Origin: Sedimentisphaerales bacterium
Lineage (GTDB): Bacteria; Planctomycetota; Phycisphaerae; Sedimentisphaerales; UBA12454
Direction: 5' to 3'
Assembly: GCA_049518795.1 (NCBI GenBank)
Contig: JBEKRK010000001.1
Location: 654,477-718,476, forward strand
DNA length: 64,000 bases
Below are positions 41,559-49,964 of the stretch, piece by piece (positions within the stretch are counted from its first letter, which is position 1; each line of letters begins with the position of its first letter). The translations under genes were made by a program, and so were the position numbers. The notes below the pieces were generated by a model. The model made no database searches and was not told the origin of the DNA. It saw only the letters and a program-made list of their open reading frames with translations.

Positions 41559-42328
41559 TGCTTTTCCAAAACAATTGTTTCAAACATCCCAATCCATTTG
41601 TTAAACGGACTTAGACAAATTTCCAAAAATTTCACAAAACCATACATAAATGAAGGAACAAATTGCCTGTAGGTTAATCCTCCACTTAATATATATTTGA
41701 AAGGGGTATGAAAATTAATACTCTTGACTCTTAAGCTTTTGAATTCCGATTCAAAAATTTCCCTGTCCCTTTGAAATATTATCCAGGCTAATGCCCCATT
41801 GGCATCAGATAACCGTCCCGTCTTGTTCATCTCCCATTCTGCCAATGTGTCAAATACTTCATGGTGAAAATTTTTAATTATTAACCGGTACCATACCGTA
41901 TTCGCAGGTTCAATCATAATCATTTTGCCGCCGCTTTTGAGGCACCTTTGCGCTTCAGCCAGAAAAACTTTTGGCTTCTTTATATGATGAAGCACATCTA
42001 TCATAAAAAACGCGTCAACACTGTTATTTTCGAAAGGCATCTGCTCTGCTGAAAATACCATGTCTATATTTGGCACATTCATAATATCAGAGGTAATCGC
42101 ATTAGGAATAACTTCCTTGATAAAGCCGCCCCCACTGCCCAACTCAATCATTTTGCAGGAATCTGGAGCAATTGACTTCCTGAAAATTTTATAAAAATCA
42201 GTATATAAATTTTTCAGAAAGACTTTTTCTTTTATAATCTGTGAGTGCAGAACCGTAGCCTGCGGGTCGTCAAGATTTCCAATTTTTTTCGACTGGGGTT
42301 GTCTTAAATATTCAAGTAAATTCAGCAT
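41555..42328 (-). CDS. class I SAM-dependent methyltransferase
   Basis: MIELGSGGGF, FFMIDVLHHI, and LKSGGKMIMIEP. Confidence 0.8.
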   Translation of the reverse strand: MLNLLEYLRQPQSKKIGNLDDPQATVLHSQIIKEKVFLKNLYTDFYKIFRKSIAPDSCKMIELGSGGGFIKEVIPNAITSDIMNVPNIDMVFSAEQMPFENNSVDAFFMIDVLHHIKKPKVFLAEAQRCLKSGGKMIMIEPANTVWYRLIIKNFHHEVFDTLAEWEMNKTGRLSDANGALAWIIFQRDREIFESEFKSLRVKSINFHTPFKYILSGGLTYRQFVPSFMYGFVKFLEICLSPFNKWIGMFETIVLEKQ

Positions 42329-42329
42329 T

Positions 42330-43736
42330 TTAACCTCTGCCCAGCCATTTAATTTTCTTAAAGGCTATCCAGCTCATCTTCAGCAGAAGCCAGCCGTGTT
42401 GAAATCTGCTTATATTTGTTGTGCCGTAAGTCCTGGCCTTGTAATTGACCGGCAGCTCGACTACTTTAAAATTTTGTTTTACGGCGCCGAAAATCAGGTC
42501 GAAATCTCCAAATGGGTCGAACTCTCCGAAATATGAGCGATTGGCGGCAATAAGTTCATAATTCTTTTTGCTTATCATTTTTGTGCCGCAAAGGGTATCT
42601 TTGAATCTCTGGCCTAAAATCCACGTAAACAAGGCGCTGAAAAATTTATTTCCAAGCAGATTAAGAAATCTCATCGCCTCTTTTTCCATAGGATAGACTA
42701 ATCTTGAGCCGTTGATAAATTCGCCTTTGCCCCGGCACAATGCCTGAAAAAATTTTAACTGGTCTTCAGGCGGCGCAGTTAAATCGGCATCCTGTATTGT
42801 CAGCACATCCCCGCTGGCCGCGGCAAAGCCTTTTCGCACCGCATCTCCTTTGCCTTTCCCCTCGACCTGATGAATCAGCTTAATGTCTCTGTCCGGATGA
42901 AGTTCTATTTGTTTTTCTATTTCTTCCACCGTCCCGTCAGTGCTGTTGCCGTCAACAAAAATAATTTCCGTCTTTCGTCCCATTTCAGGTATTCGCTTAA
43001 CTGCATCTTCGATATTGCCTTTTTCATTTCTGCAAGGCACTATCACCGAAATGGAAAGTTCATTTTCAGGAATCTGCCCAGTCACCGGCCTTGCGATTAT
43101 AAGATTTATAAGATTTAGATGCTTTAGTCCCGGCAGCAGAGATAGAAAATAATTGCAAATAGAAGTTATCGGCCAGATTCCCTTCGGAAGCAAAACATAC
43201 GAATCCTGCCTGATTACATCAAAATCTGCAAGGTTCAGCAGATTTATTATATCGCTTTGAGCAAGCCAGTTCTGATGTTTGTAAGGTCTTCTTAATCTTA
43301 TAAGAGAACCCAGCCGAAGCACAAACTCCCAAAGGTAATTATAATACGTTACTATAATTCGCGTTTCGGCAGTTGCAGCCGAACGCATATTTTCAAAAAT
43401 CTTTTGTATGTCTCGCCATTGACCAAGCGAATTGCAGATGATGATATAATCGAATTTTTCATCCGTTTTAAAACTATGAGGGTCGCCGATTTGAAAAACA
43501 AGGTTTGAAAATCTTTTTTTCGCAAGTTCTATATTCTCACCACTGGCGGCTATCCCGACCCCATAAGAAGGATTAAGGCTTGCCAGCAAATCTCCTGTTT
43601 CGCAGCCGATATGCAGAATCCTGCTGTTTGGCCTAACTATAAATTTATGAATCTTCTCTATCCAGCCGTAATAATAGGAATTTTTTTCCCTCCACTTCAA
43701 AACATTATTTACGTCAATATTATTTTCGTTCATCAA
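42330..43736 (-). CDS. bifunctional SAM methyltransferase (N-terminal) / GT2 glycosyltransferase (C-terminal)
   Basis: ILHIGCETGD, followed by ISVIVPCRNE, FVDGNSTDGT and IQDADL. Confidence 0.8.
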   Translation of the reverse strand: MMNENNIDVNNVLKWREKNSYYYGWIEKIHKFIVRPNSRILHIGCETGDLLASLNPSYGVGIAASGENIELAKKRFSNLVFQIGDPHSFKTDEKFDYIIICNSLGQWRDIQKIFENMRSAATAETRIIVTYYNYLWEFVLRLGSLIRLRRPYKHQNWLAQSDIINLLNLADFDVIRQDSYVLLPKGIWPITSICNYFLSLLPGLKHLNLINLIIARPVTGQIPENELSISVIVPCRNEKGNIEDAVKRIPEMGRKTEIIFVDGNSTDGTVEEIEKQIELHPDRDIKLIHQVEGKGKGDAVRKGFAAASGDVLTIQDADLTAPPEDQLKFFQALCRGKGEFINGSRLVYPMEKEAMRFLNLLGNKFFSALFTWILGQRFKDTLCGTKMISKKNYELIAANRSYFGEFDPFGDFDLIFGAVKQNFKVVELPVNYKARTYGTTNISRFQHGWLLLKMSWIAFKKIKWLGRG

Positions 43737-43747
43737 TGAACCTGACC

Positions 43748-45841
43748 CTACCTGTTGAAAAAGACCCTTATAATATCGTTATACGTGATTAACACAAACA
43801 ATGCTCCCAGCAGAGCAATGCCTGCATAAGTGAGCCACTCCTGAATTTTTATACTCACAGGCGAACCTTTGATTTTTTCAATTATCAGCATTACAACAAG
43901 TCCGCCGTCAAGTATCGGCAGCGGCAGAAAATTCATAACTGCAAGGCAGGCGCTTATTATTCCCATAAAGTGCAGATATTGAATAAATTCCTTTTCCGCT
44001 ATGATTCGTGAGCTTGCGGCTATCATTCCAACCGGCCCCATTAGGCTTTTCGGGCTTACGCTGCCGATGATTAGCCCCTTGAGTGTCATATAGCTCAGCG
44101 CAATGAACTCGACAGTTTTTGCGTAGCCCATTTTTATCGCGTCAATCGGCCCGGCCGCCCTGTAAAGCTTTTTTAACGGTTTGAAAGGCAGTTCCTGTGA
44201 AAGCGTAGCTTTGGCCTTAACAAAATTCGACTTGACTGAGCTCGCCGAAGCCTGGCCGGCAGGAACGGCAAAATCAAATTTTTTATCATCCAGGCCTTTG
44301 CTATATTCTATCTTTACAGTCTTGCCGCTGTCTTTTTCTAATATTGCCGCGATATCGAAATAATTTTTCACTTCTTTTCCGTCGATAGAAACTATCTTTG
44401 CTCCGCCTGCCAAATCCTGCGGCCAGGGAAACATATTCATATCTGTCCCAGCCGCAACAACAGGGTTACCGACATCCAGCCCGACGCCGATACCGATAAA
44501 TGCCCCGCCATCCGGCGATTTTCTCGGTGTTACTGTTACATTAACAAGTCTGTCGTCTCGCAAAATTCCTAAAGCCAGTTCCTTTTCCGCATAAGCGGTT
44601 GCAGCCTGCCGGAGTTGTTTAAATGTAGGATTGGCAACATTCGCTGTTTGAACGATGACATCATCCGCCCGCAGAACTTCGTTTACTTCCCACCGTTCAA
44701 TGGAGATAATTTTAAGCCTTGGTATCAAACCGTATATATAGGAATGAACAAAGTCATTCTGGCCTTTATATGCCAGAACAGGTTCAAAATTGAGTTTAGC
44801 CTCTTTGACTATCGGCTCAACCTGTCCTTCTCTTTGAAAAGTCAGTGTAACATTCGGCTCGAAAACATCCGCAAGTTTTGTGCTTACCTGCCAGTAGTAT
44901 TCGACCCTTTCATCATCGATACCAATCAGGGTATCGCCGGCCTTGAGGCCTGTTTGCTTATACAACTTTTCCGGTTCTTCGACCTTTGCGATTTCAAGCG
45001 ATAACGCGGGTAAAACGCCGAATCCTCTATAACCTGCTCCCGGCACTTTTTCTGCCACAATAGCAAGATTACTAATGCTTCCGTCTGTTCGTTTTACTTT
45101 CAGATTCACAGGCTCATTTATATCTGATAGAGCGCCTGCAAGGTCTATACCGCTGAAATATATGTTTGTTTTGCCGTCAATTTCAAGCACTTCATCGCCC
45201 GGCGCCAGTCCTGCCTTTTCAGCGGGAAAACCCGGCACAACATCTCCTATAATTGCAGGCGGTATTCTGATGCCAGCCGTGAAAACCACAATAAAAATCA
45301 CCAGTGCAAGGACTACATTCAGAAACACGCCGGCGCTGGCCACCACAATTCTTTTCCAGACAGGCTTGTTAAGAAATGAACGTGGGTCATCGCTGGGCTT
45401 ATCGGCTCCAATATCTTCCTGCCCGAGAAGTTTTACGAACCCGCCTATTGGAAAAATCCTCAACTGGTATTCCGTCTCGCCGGCTCTGCAGTTTAGCGGA
45501 ATTTTGAAACACAAAAGACCCTCATCATCCTGCTCATCATTTTTGACAAGAATTGTCGGCAGAATTCGCAGCCGCAAAAAATTCTCAAATTTCTTAACGC
45601 CTAAAACAATCGGCCCGAATCCGAGTGCAAATGCTTCGACATTTATATCAGTTAATTTTCCCGCGAGAAAATGTCCGAATTCATGCACAAATATCATCAC
45701 GCCAAGTCCGACAAGCGCGAATGTTACACTTGCTGCCCGTCCTGGATTTGTGCTGACCCAGTAAACAAAAATCCCTATTATCGCAACTAAAATTAGTGCG
45801 TTTGTAAGATTCCGCGATGCTATACTTTTCTTTTCAGACAT
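43748..45841 (-). CDS. rseP: RseP-type site-2 metalloprotease (M50) with an expanded PDZ region
   Basis: HEFGHFL zinc motif near the N-terminus, several PDZ-like GD.....DG repeats, and a C-terminal NFLPLPILDGG motif. Confidence 0.85.
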   Translation of the reverse strand: MSEKKSIASRNLTNALILVAIIGIFVYWVSTNPGRAASVTFALVGLGVMIFVHEFGHFLAGKLTDINVEAFALGFGPIVLGVKKFENFLRLRILPTILVKNDEQDDEGLLCFKIPLNCRAGETEYQLRIFPIGGFVKLLGQEDIGADKPSDDPRSFLNKPVWKRIVVASAGVFLNVVLALVIFIVVFTAGIRIPPAIIGDVVPGFPAEKAGLAPGDEVLEIDGKTNIYFSGIDLAGALSDINEPVNLKVKRTDGSISNLAIVAEKVPGAGYRGFGVLPALSLEIAKVEEPEKLYKQTGLKAGDTLIGIDDERVEYYWQVSTKLADVFEPNVTLTFQREGQVEPIVKEAKLNFEPVLAYKGQNDFVHSYIYGLIPRLKIISIERWEVNEVLRADDVIVQTANVANPTFKQLRQAATAYAEKELALGILRDDRLVNVTVTPRKSPDGGAFIGIGVGLDVGNPVVAAGTDMNMFPWPQDLAGGAKIVSIDGKEVKNYFDIAAILEKDSGKTVKIEYSKGLDDKKFDFAVPAGQASASSVKSNFVKAKATLSQELPFKPLKKLYRAAGPIDAIKMGYAKTVEFIALSYMTLKGLIIGSVSPKSLMGPVGMIAASSRIIAEKEFIQYLHFMGIISACLAVMNFLPLPILDGGLVVMLIIEKIKGSPVSIKIQEWLTYAGIALLGALFVLITYNDIIRVFFNR

Positions 45842-46980
45842 TCTTTGACCTCATTTCTCGCCCATTGGTCGGCTGAAAGCAATTCTTCCAGCGTCGCATT
45901 TGTTTTAACCTTATGTCTATCAAGACAATACTTAATAAGTTCGACTATCTTAACAAATTTTATTTTACCTTCCAGAAATTCTTTAACAGCTGTCTCATTT
46001 GACGCATTAAAGACCGCAGCAGCCGTGCCGCCGATTTTTGCCACCTCGTAACCGATTTTTAAGGCATTAAAGACCTCCATATTCGGCTTTTCAAAGGTTA
46101 GCCGGCCAATTTCTTCAAGCCGCAAATGTTTTGTCCTACTTTTTACTCGTTTCGGAAATGTCAGGGCATACTGTATCGGCAAACACATATCCGGCTCGGA
46201 CATTTGTGCAATAATTGAGCCATCGATGAATTCCACCATCGAATGAATAATGGATTCCGGATGAACAAGAACCTCAATTTTTTCTGCCGGCACGTCAAAA
46301 AGCCACTTTGCTTCGATTACTTCTAATGCTTTGTTCATCATTGTTGCAGAATCTATAGTGATTTTTTTGCCCATATTCCACGTCGGATGAGCTAATGCCT
46401 GCTCAATCGTTACATTCCTCATCTGCTCAGCGGTAATTCCTCTTAGCGGGCCCCCGCTTGCCGTCAGGATAATCCTGTTTATTTCTTTGGGATTTCCCGC
46501 CTGCAAAGCCTGAAAAATAGCCGAATGTTCGCTGTCAACCGGTAATATTTTTGCGTTATTTTCCTTCGCAATTTTCGTCAGCAGTTCGCCGGCAATAACT
46601 AACGGCTCTTTATTCGCAATGGCAAGGGTCTTTCCAGCCTTTGCCGCCGACAAAATTGCTTCGAGTCCTGCGGCGCCGACAATCGCCGCTATGACTATAT
46701 CCACATTTTCATTTGAAGCTGCTGCTGCAAGTTCTTTTTCGCCGCAAAGTATCTCGGTTTCGCTGCCTCTCACCAAAGTCTTAAATTCATCATACTTTTG
46801 TGGATTTGTAACTACCGCTATTTTCGGCTTAAATCTTTTAACCTGTTCCGCAAGCAATTTGACGTTATTATGAGCGCTAAGAACGGCCACCTCGAAATCC
46901 GCGCCGAGCGCTTCTATAACTCGAAGGGCATTTGTGCCTATCGAGCCTGTCGAACCAAGTATCGCTATTTTTTTCATCAT
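45820..46980 (-). CDS. dxr: 1-deoxy-D-xylulose 5-phosphate reductoisomerase
   Basis: ILGSTGSIG, LANKE, and PVDSEHSAIFQ motifs. Confidence 0.95.
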   Translation of the reverse strand: MMKKIAILGSTGSIGTNALRVIEALGADFEVAVLSAHNNVKLLAEQVKRFKPKIAVVTNPQKYDEFKTLVRGSETEILCGEKELAAAASNENVDIVIAAIVGAAGLEAILSAAKAGKTLAIANKEPLVIAGELLTKIAKENNAKILPVDSEHSAIFQALQAGNPKEINRIILTASGGPLRGITAEQMRNVTIEQALAHPTWNMGKKITIDSATMMNKALEVIEAKWLFDVPAEKIEVLVHPESIIHSMVEFIDGSIIAQMSEPDMCLPIQYALTFPKRVKSRTKHLRLEEIGRLTFEKPNMEVFNALKIGYEVAKIGGTAAAVFNASNETAVKEFLEGKIKFVKIVELIKYCLDRHKVKTNATLEELLSADQWARNEVKECLKRKV

Positions 46981-47020
46981 ATACTAATTATTAATACTTT
47001 GTGTCTTCGTGCCTTCGTGG

Positions 47021-48307
47021 CTACCGTCGTCTATTCATTTCCCGAAATTGTCTCGGCGGCACGCCGACTAATTCCTTAAACGTCCGTGTAAAATAACTCT
47101 GGTTATTATAGCCGGATTCGAAGCAGATTTCAGTGCAGTTTTTATTTGTGGAAATTAAAAGCGCCTTTGCGTGTTCAACGCGAACATTCGTCAGGTAATC
47201 TATTATTGTAAGTTCCGTCTGCTCCTTGAAAATATGACTGAGCCTTGAAACGCTCAAATGGGCAGCCCTGGCAATCTCTTCAAGAGAAAGCTGCTCTTTA
47301 TAATGCTGCTGAATATAGTCCGTCGCGGGTTTTATTTGTGAGACTCTTTTCTTGTCCTGTGCGGAATAAACAAGCTCAATAAAGTCGTTTAAAGCGTTTC
47401 CTATCCAGATGCACAAATCCTGCTGGTTGTCAATCTGCATCGCTTTATTGATATATTCGAGGTTTTTTTTGAGAAGGAAGTCAGCATCAGCTCCGCCTTC
47501 TACCGCGCTTCTACTGAGGATGCTCAAAAGTTCAAGCATCCTTGCTCTCAGCACTGCCAAATCTCCAGGGTCTTTAAGCATAATACTCGCAAGAATCATA
47601 TTGAGGATTTCTCTTGCTCCGATTCGGTCGCCGATTTTGACCTTGCCCATCAGTTGCTTTTCAGCCTCAATCGGGTATTGGCCTGCTCCGCTTTCTTCTT
47701 TATGTTCTCTAATGAATTCGCCGATTTCTGACTGCTGCTGACTTATTTGTCCGCGCCGCTGTATAACATTATGGTCGAGACCTGTCTTTTTATAAACGGT
47801 TGCAAACAGAAATTCGGCTGCATCGTGAACTTTTCTCCCCGGCACAATCGGCAGTTTTTTTATGGCCCGCAGCAGTTTTGCATTGTCTATATTTAACGAT
47901 TGTAATCGTTTATTTATGTCTTCAATTAGTATCGCATCCGGCTCATCCGGCCTGCCTCGACTTGCCGGCAAGGCGGGCAGGCATTTGCCGAAAAATATTC
48001 CGCCCAAAGGTTTGTCTTTGTCCATCACAGGTATACAGGCAAGCACAATTCCTGCGTGACAAATTGTTATATAAGGCTGGCCTGTTTCAAAAGCCATTTT
48101 GAGGCTTTTCAGTCTCTCCTGCCGGCAGCGTTTCAAACCTGTGGAATTTTTGCGGACAATTTTACAAAACTCAGGATGGCAGTCCCTGCTGCATACTTGA
48201 GTAATCTCTTTACCATAAGCATCAGTCGCCTCAAGAGCCATTTTGAAGCTGTCGCGAAAGCCGTCTTCTATTTCCGTAAGAGTCTTTTTTGTAAATAACG
48301 TTGGCAT
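47021..48307 (-). CDS. AraC-family transcriptional regulator with a Cys-rich PocR-like N-terminal sensor domain
   Basis: C-terminal HTH_AraC region (LSLEEIARAAHLSVSRLSHIFKE ... GYNNQSYFTRTFKE). The N-terminus carries C..HPEFC ... C motifs as in PocR domains. Confidence 0.8.
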   Translation of the reverse strand: MPTLFTKKTLTEIEDGFRDSFKMALEATDAYGKEITQVCSRDCHPEFCKIVRKNSTGLKRCRQERLKSLKMAFETGQPYITICHAGIVLACIPVMDKDKPLGGIFFGKCLPALPASRGRPDEPDAILIEDINKRLQSLNIDNAKLLRAIKKLPIVPGRKVHDAAEFLFATVYKKTGLDHNVIQRRGQISQQQSEIGEFIREHKEESGAGQYPIEAEKQLMGKVKIGDRIGAREILNMILASIMLKDPGDLAVLRARMLELLSILSRSAVEGGADADFLLKKNLEYINKAMQIDNQQDLCIWIGNALNDFIELVYSAQDKKRVSQIKPATDYIQQHYKEQLSLEEIARAAHLSVSRLSHIFKEQTELTIIDYLTNVRVEHAKALLISTNKNCTEICFESGYNNQSYFTRTFKELVGVPPRQFREMNRRR

Positions 48308-48330
48308 ATTGTATTGTCGGTTAATTATAC

Positions 48331-48365
48331 GCTAAAAAATAATTTTTAGCACTATTTTGCTAAAA
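48331..48365. promoter_or_regulatory. operator-like palindrome GCTAAAAA-taa-TTTTTAGC plus a third GCTAAAA half-site, in the AraC / Pta-N-like divergent region
   Basis: 48331-48350 is a perfect 8+8 palindrome. 48344-48350 tttagca pairs with 48358-48364 tgctaaa. Confidence 0.5.
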
Positions 48366-48409
48366 TTTTTATAACTACTTTAAAATTAGGAACTTACGTA
48401 ATATAAGTT

Positions 48410-48434
48410 GGTTTAGCCGTTGCCCGGTTTAGCC
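48410..48434 (+). promoter_or_regulatory. direct repeat GGTTTAGCC x2 (16 nt register)
   Basis: 48410-48418 and 48426-48434 are identical 9-mers containing the same TTTAGC core as the upstream palindrome. Confidence 0.45.
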
Positions 48435-48461
48435 ATCTCAAAGGGAGGCACGGTTGCGTTT

Positions 48462-48506
48462 CCTTACTTCCTTACTTCCTTACTTCTTTACTTCTTTACT
48501 TCTTTT
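48462..48506 (+). repeat. tandem 8-mer array (CCTTACTT x3, CTTTACTT x2, partial unit)
   Basis: Direct reading of the sequence. Pyrimidine-rich on the plus strand. Confidence 0.9.
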
Positions 48507-48540
48507 ATTAAACTGATAACTGATAACCGAGTAAATATGA

Positions 48541-48644
48541 ATCCCGTTAGACCTCTTTGATGTTTATGTTTTATAATGGTGAGAAAGTTATGCATTATTA
48601 TACAGATTTTCAAATTAATAGATTGCAGTGAGGTCTAACGGGAT
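48541..48644. repeat. inverted-repeat cassette C (104 nt, 15 bp perfect arms) on the start of the Pta-N-like gene
   Basis: 48541-48555 atcccgttagacctc is the exact reverse complement of 48630-48644 gaggtctaacgggat. Confidence 0.9.
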
Positions 48645-49743
48645 GAAACCACTTTATATTAGCGCAACCGTTCAGGATAGCGGCAAGACCGCCGTAATAT
48701 GCGGCCTGATTCAGCATTTGCGAAAACAAGGCTATAATCCCGGCTATATCAAGCCTGTCGGCCAGCGTTATGTCCAGTATGAAGGCCACAACATTGACGA
48801 AGATGCTGTGCTTGTGCATCAGGCCTTTGACTACGAGGACCACCCTTCCGATATGAGCCCAATCGCTGTTGAAGAAGGCTTCACTTCAAAATTCATTCAA
48901 AATCCCGATGTCTCCTCTCTTGAGCAGCGGATAATGAACAGTTTCAACAAACTGACACAAAAACATTCTATGATTATCGTCGAAGGCACGGGGCACGCCG
49001 GCGTTGGAAGCTGTTTTGGTCTGTCGAACGCCCGTGTCGCGCAGATGCTCGATGCAAGAGTCGTCATAGTCTCCTCCGGCGGCATCGGCAGGCCGATAGA
49101 TGAAGTATCTATGTCGCTTGCTTTATTTAAGCAATATAAGGTGGACGTTATCGGTGTCCTTTTGAATAAAATCTACCCGCAAAAATACGAAAAAATAAAC
49201 AAAATTGCGCCGAAGGGATTGGAGCTTATCGGCACAAAGCTCATCGGCCATATTCCTTACGATTCATCGCTTTCATTTTTCAGTATTGGCCAGGTAGCTG
49301 AGGAGCTTGAGTATGATGTCCTTTGCGGCCAGGAATCGCTTTCCAACAAAATCGGCCATACGGTTGTTGCAGCTATGGAGCCGCAGAACGTGCTTCGCTA
49401 CATCGAAAAAAACACCCTGATAATCACGCCCGGCGACCGTATTGACAATATATTACTCACTTTGGCATTGTCCGAATCAGTCGATTTCCACGATAAATTA
49501 TGCTCCTGTGGCCTGATTCTTACCGGCGGCTTAAAACCGGATTCGACTATTCTTTCGCTCCTTTTAAGGAGCACCCTTCCGGTGCTTCTTACTGATGAGG
49601 ACACATTTACGGTAACGGCAAAGATGAAGGATTTGCATTTTAAGATTCGTTCTAAAGACACCGACAAAATCGCCCGCACTTACGAACTCTTGCGCAACAA
49701 CGTCGATATCGATACAATTCTTAAAAGTTTGTCTGTTGATTAG
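48643..49743 (+). CDS. phosphotransacetylase N-terminal-like protein (BioD-like P-loop domain plus DRTGG domain), no Pta catalytic domain
   Basis: LYISATVQDSGKT P-loop and a later DRTGG-type region (ITPGDRID). I preferred the ATG at 48643, which has SD gaggt 8 nt upstream, over the GTG at 48628. Confidence 0.75.
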   Translation: MKPLYISATVQDSGKTAVICGLIQHLRKQGYNPGYIKPVGQRYVQYEGHNIDEDAVLVHQAFDYEDHPSDMSPIAVEEGFTSKFIQNPDVSSLEQRIMNSFNKLTQKHSMIIVEGTGHAGVGSCFGLSNARVAQMLDARVVIVSSGGIGRPIDEVSMSLALFKQYKVDVIGVLLNKIYPQKYEKINKIAPKGLELIGTKLIGHIPYDSSLSFFSIGQVAEELEYDVLCGQESLSNKIGHTVVAAMEPQNVLRYIEKNTLIITPGDRIDNILLTLALSESVDFHDKLCSCGLILTGGLKPDSTILSLLLRSTLPVLLTDEDTFTVTAKMKDLHFKIRSKDTDKIARTYELLRNNVDIDTILKSLSVD

Positions 49744-49766
49744 CCCCCACTTTCAGTGGGGGTTTT
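49744..49766 (+). terminator. rho-independent terminator of the Pta-N-like gene
   Basis: 8 bp stem cccccact/agtggggg with loop ttc, followed by tttt, immediately after the stop codon. Confidence 0.7.
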
Positions 49767-49860
49767 CCTTCGTGGTTAGCCCCGATCCCTGCGGTCGGGG
49801 GTTCTTCTCTTCGGCGTCATTGCGAGGCCGCTTCGGCTATCTCATCAGGGTCTGCCTTTT

Positions 49861-49916
49861 ATCCCCGCGATTACCTCCTCTCTTGCTTTCGCCAGAAAGC
49901 GCGGAGGTGCGGGGAT
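49861..49916. repeat. compound palindromic hairpin E1 (base ATCCCCGC/GCGGGGAT)
   Basis: Nested stems: atccccgc/gcggggat, acctcc/ggaggt, gctttc/gaaagc. Confidence 0.85.
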
Positions 49917-49926
49917 CACTATTTAC

Positions 49927-49964
49927 ATCCCCGCGCTTAGTTTCTGCAAGGAAACTGCGGGGAT
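49927..49964. repeat. palindromic hairpin E2 (same ATCCCCGC/GCGGGGAT base, different interior)
   Basis: Stems atccccgc/gcggggat and agtttc/gaaact. Overlaps the stop codon of the RF-1 domain gene. Confidence 0.85.

Noticed and set aside
45075-45764. 229-aa plus-strand ORF rich in Ser/Pro/Thr
   Set aside because: It is antisense to rseP, whose HEFGH and PDZ motifs validate the minus-strand frame.
48462-48506. Possible CRISPR array or minisatellite
   Set aside because: Units are only 8 nt, contiguous and without spacers, and there are no cas genes. It is a simple tandem repeat, not CRISPR.
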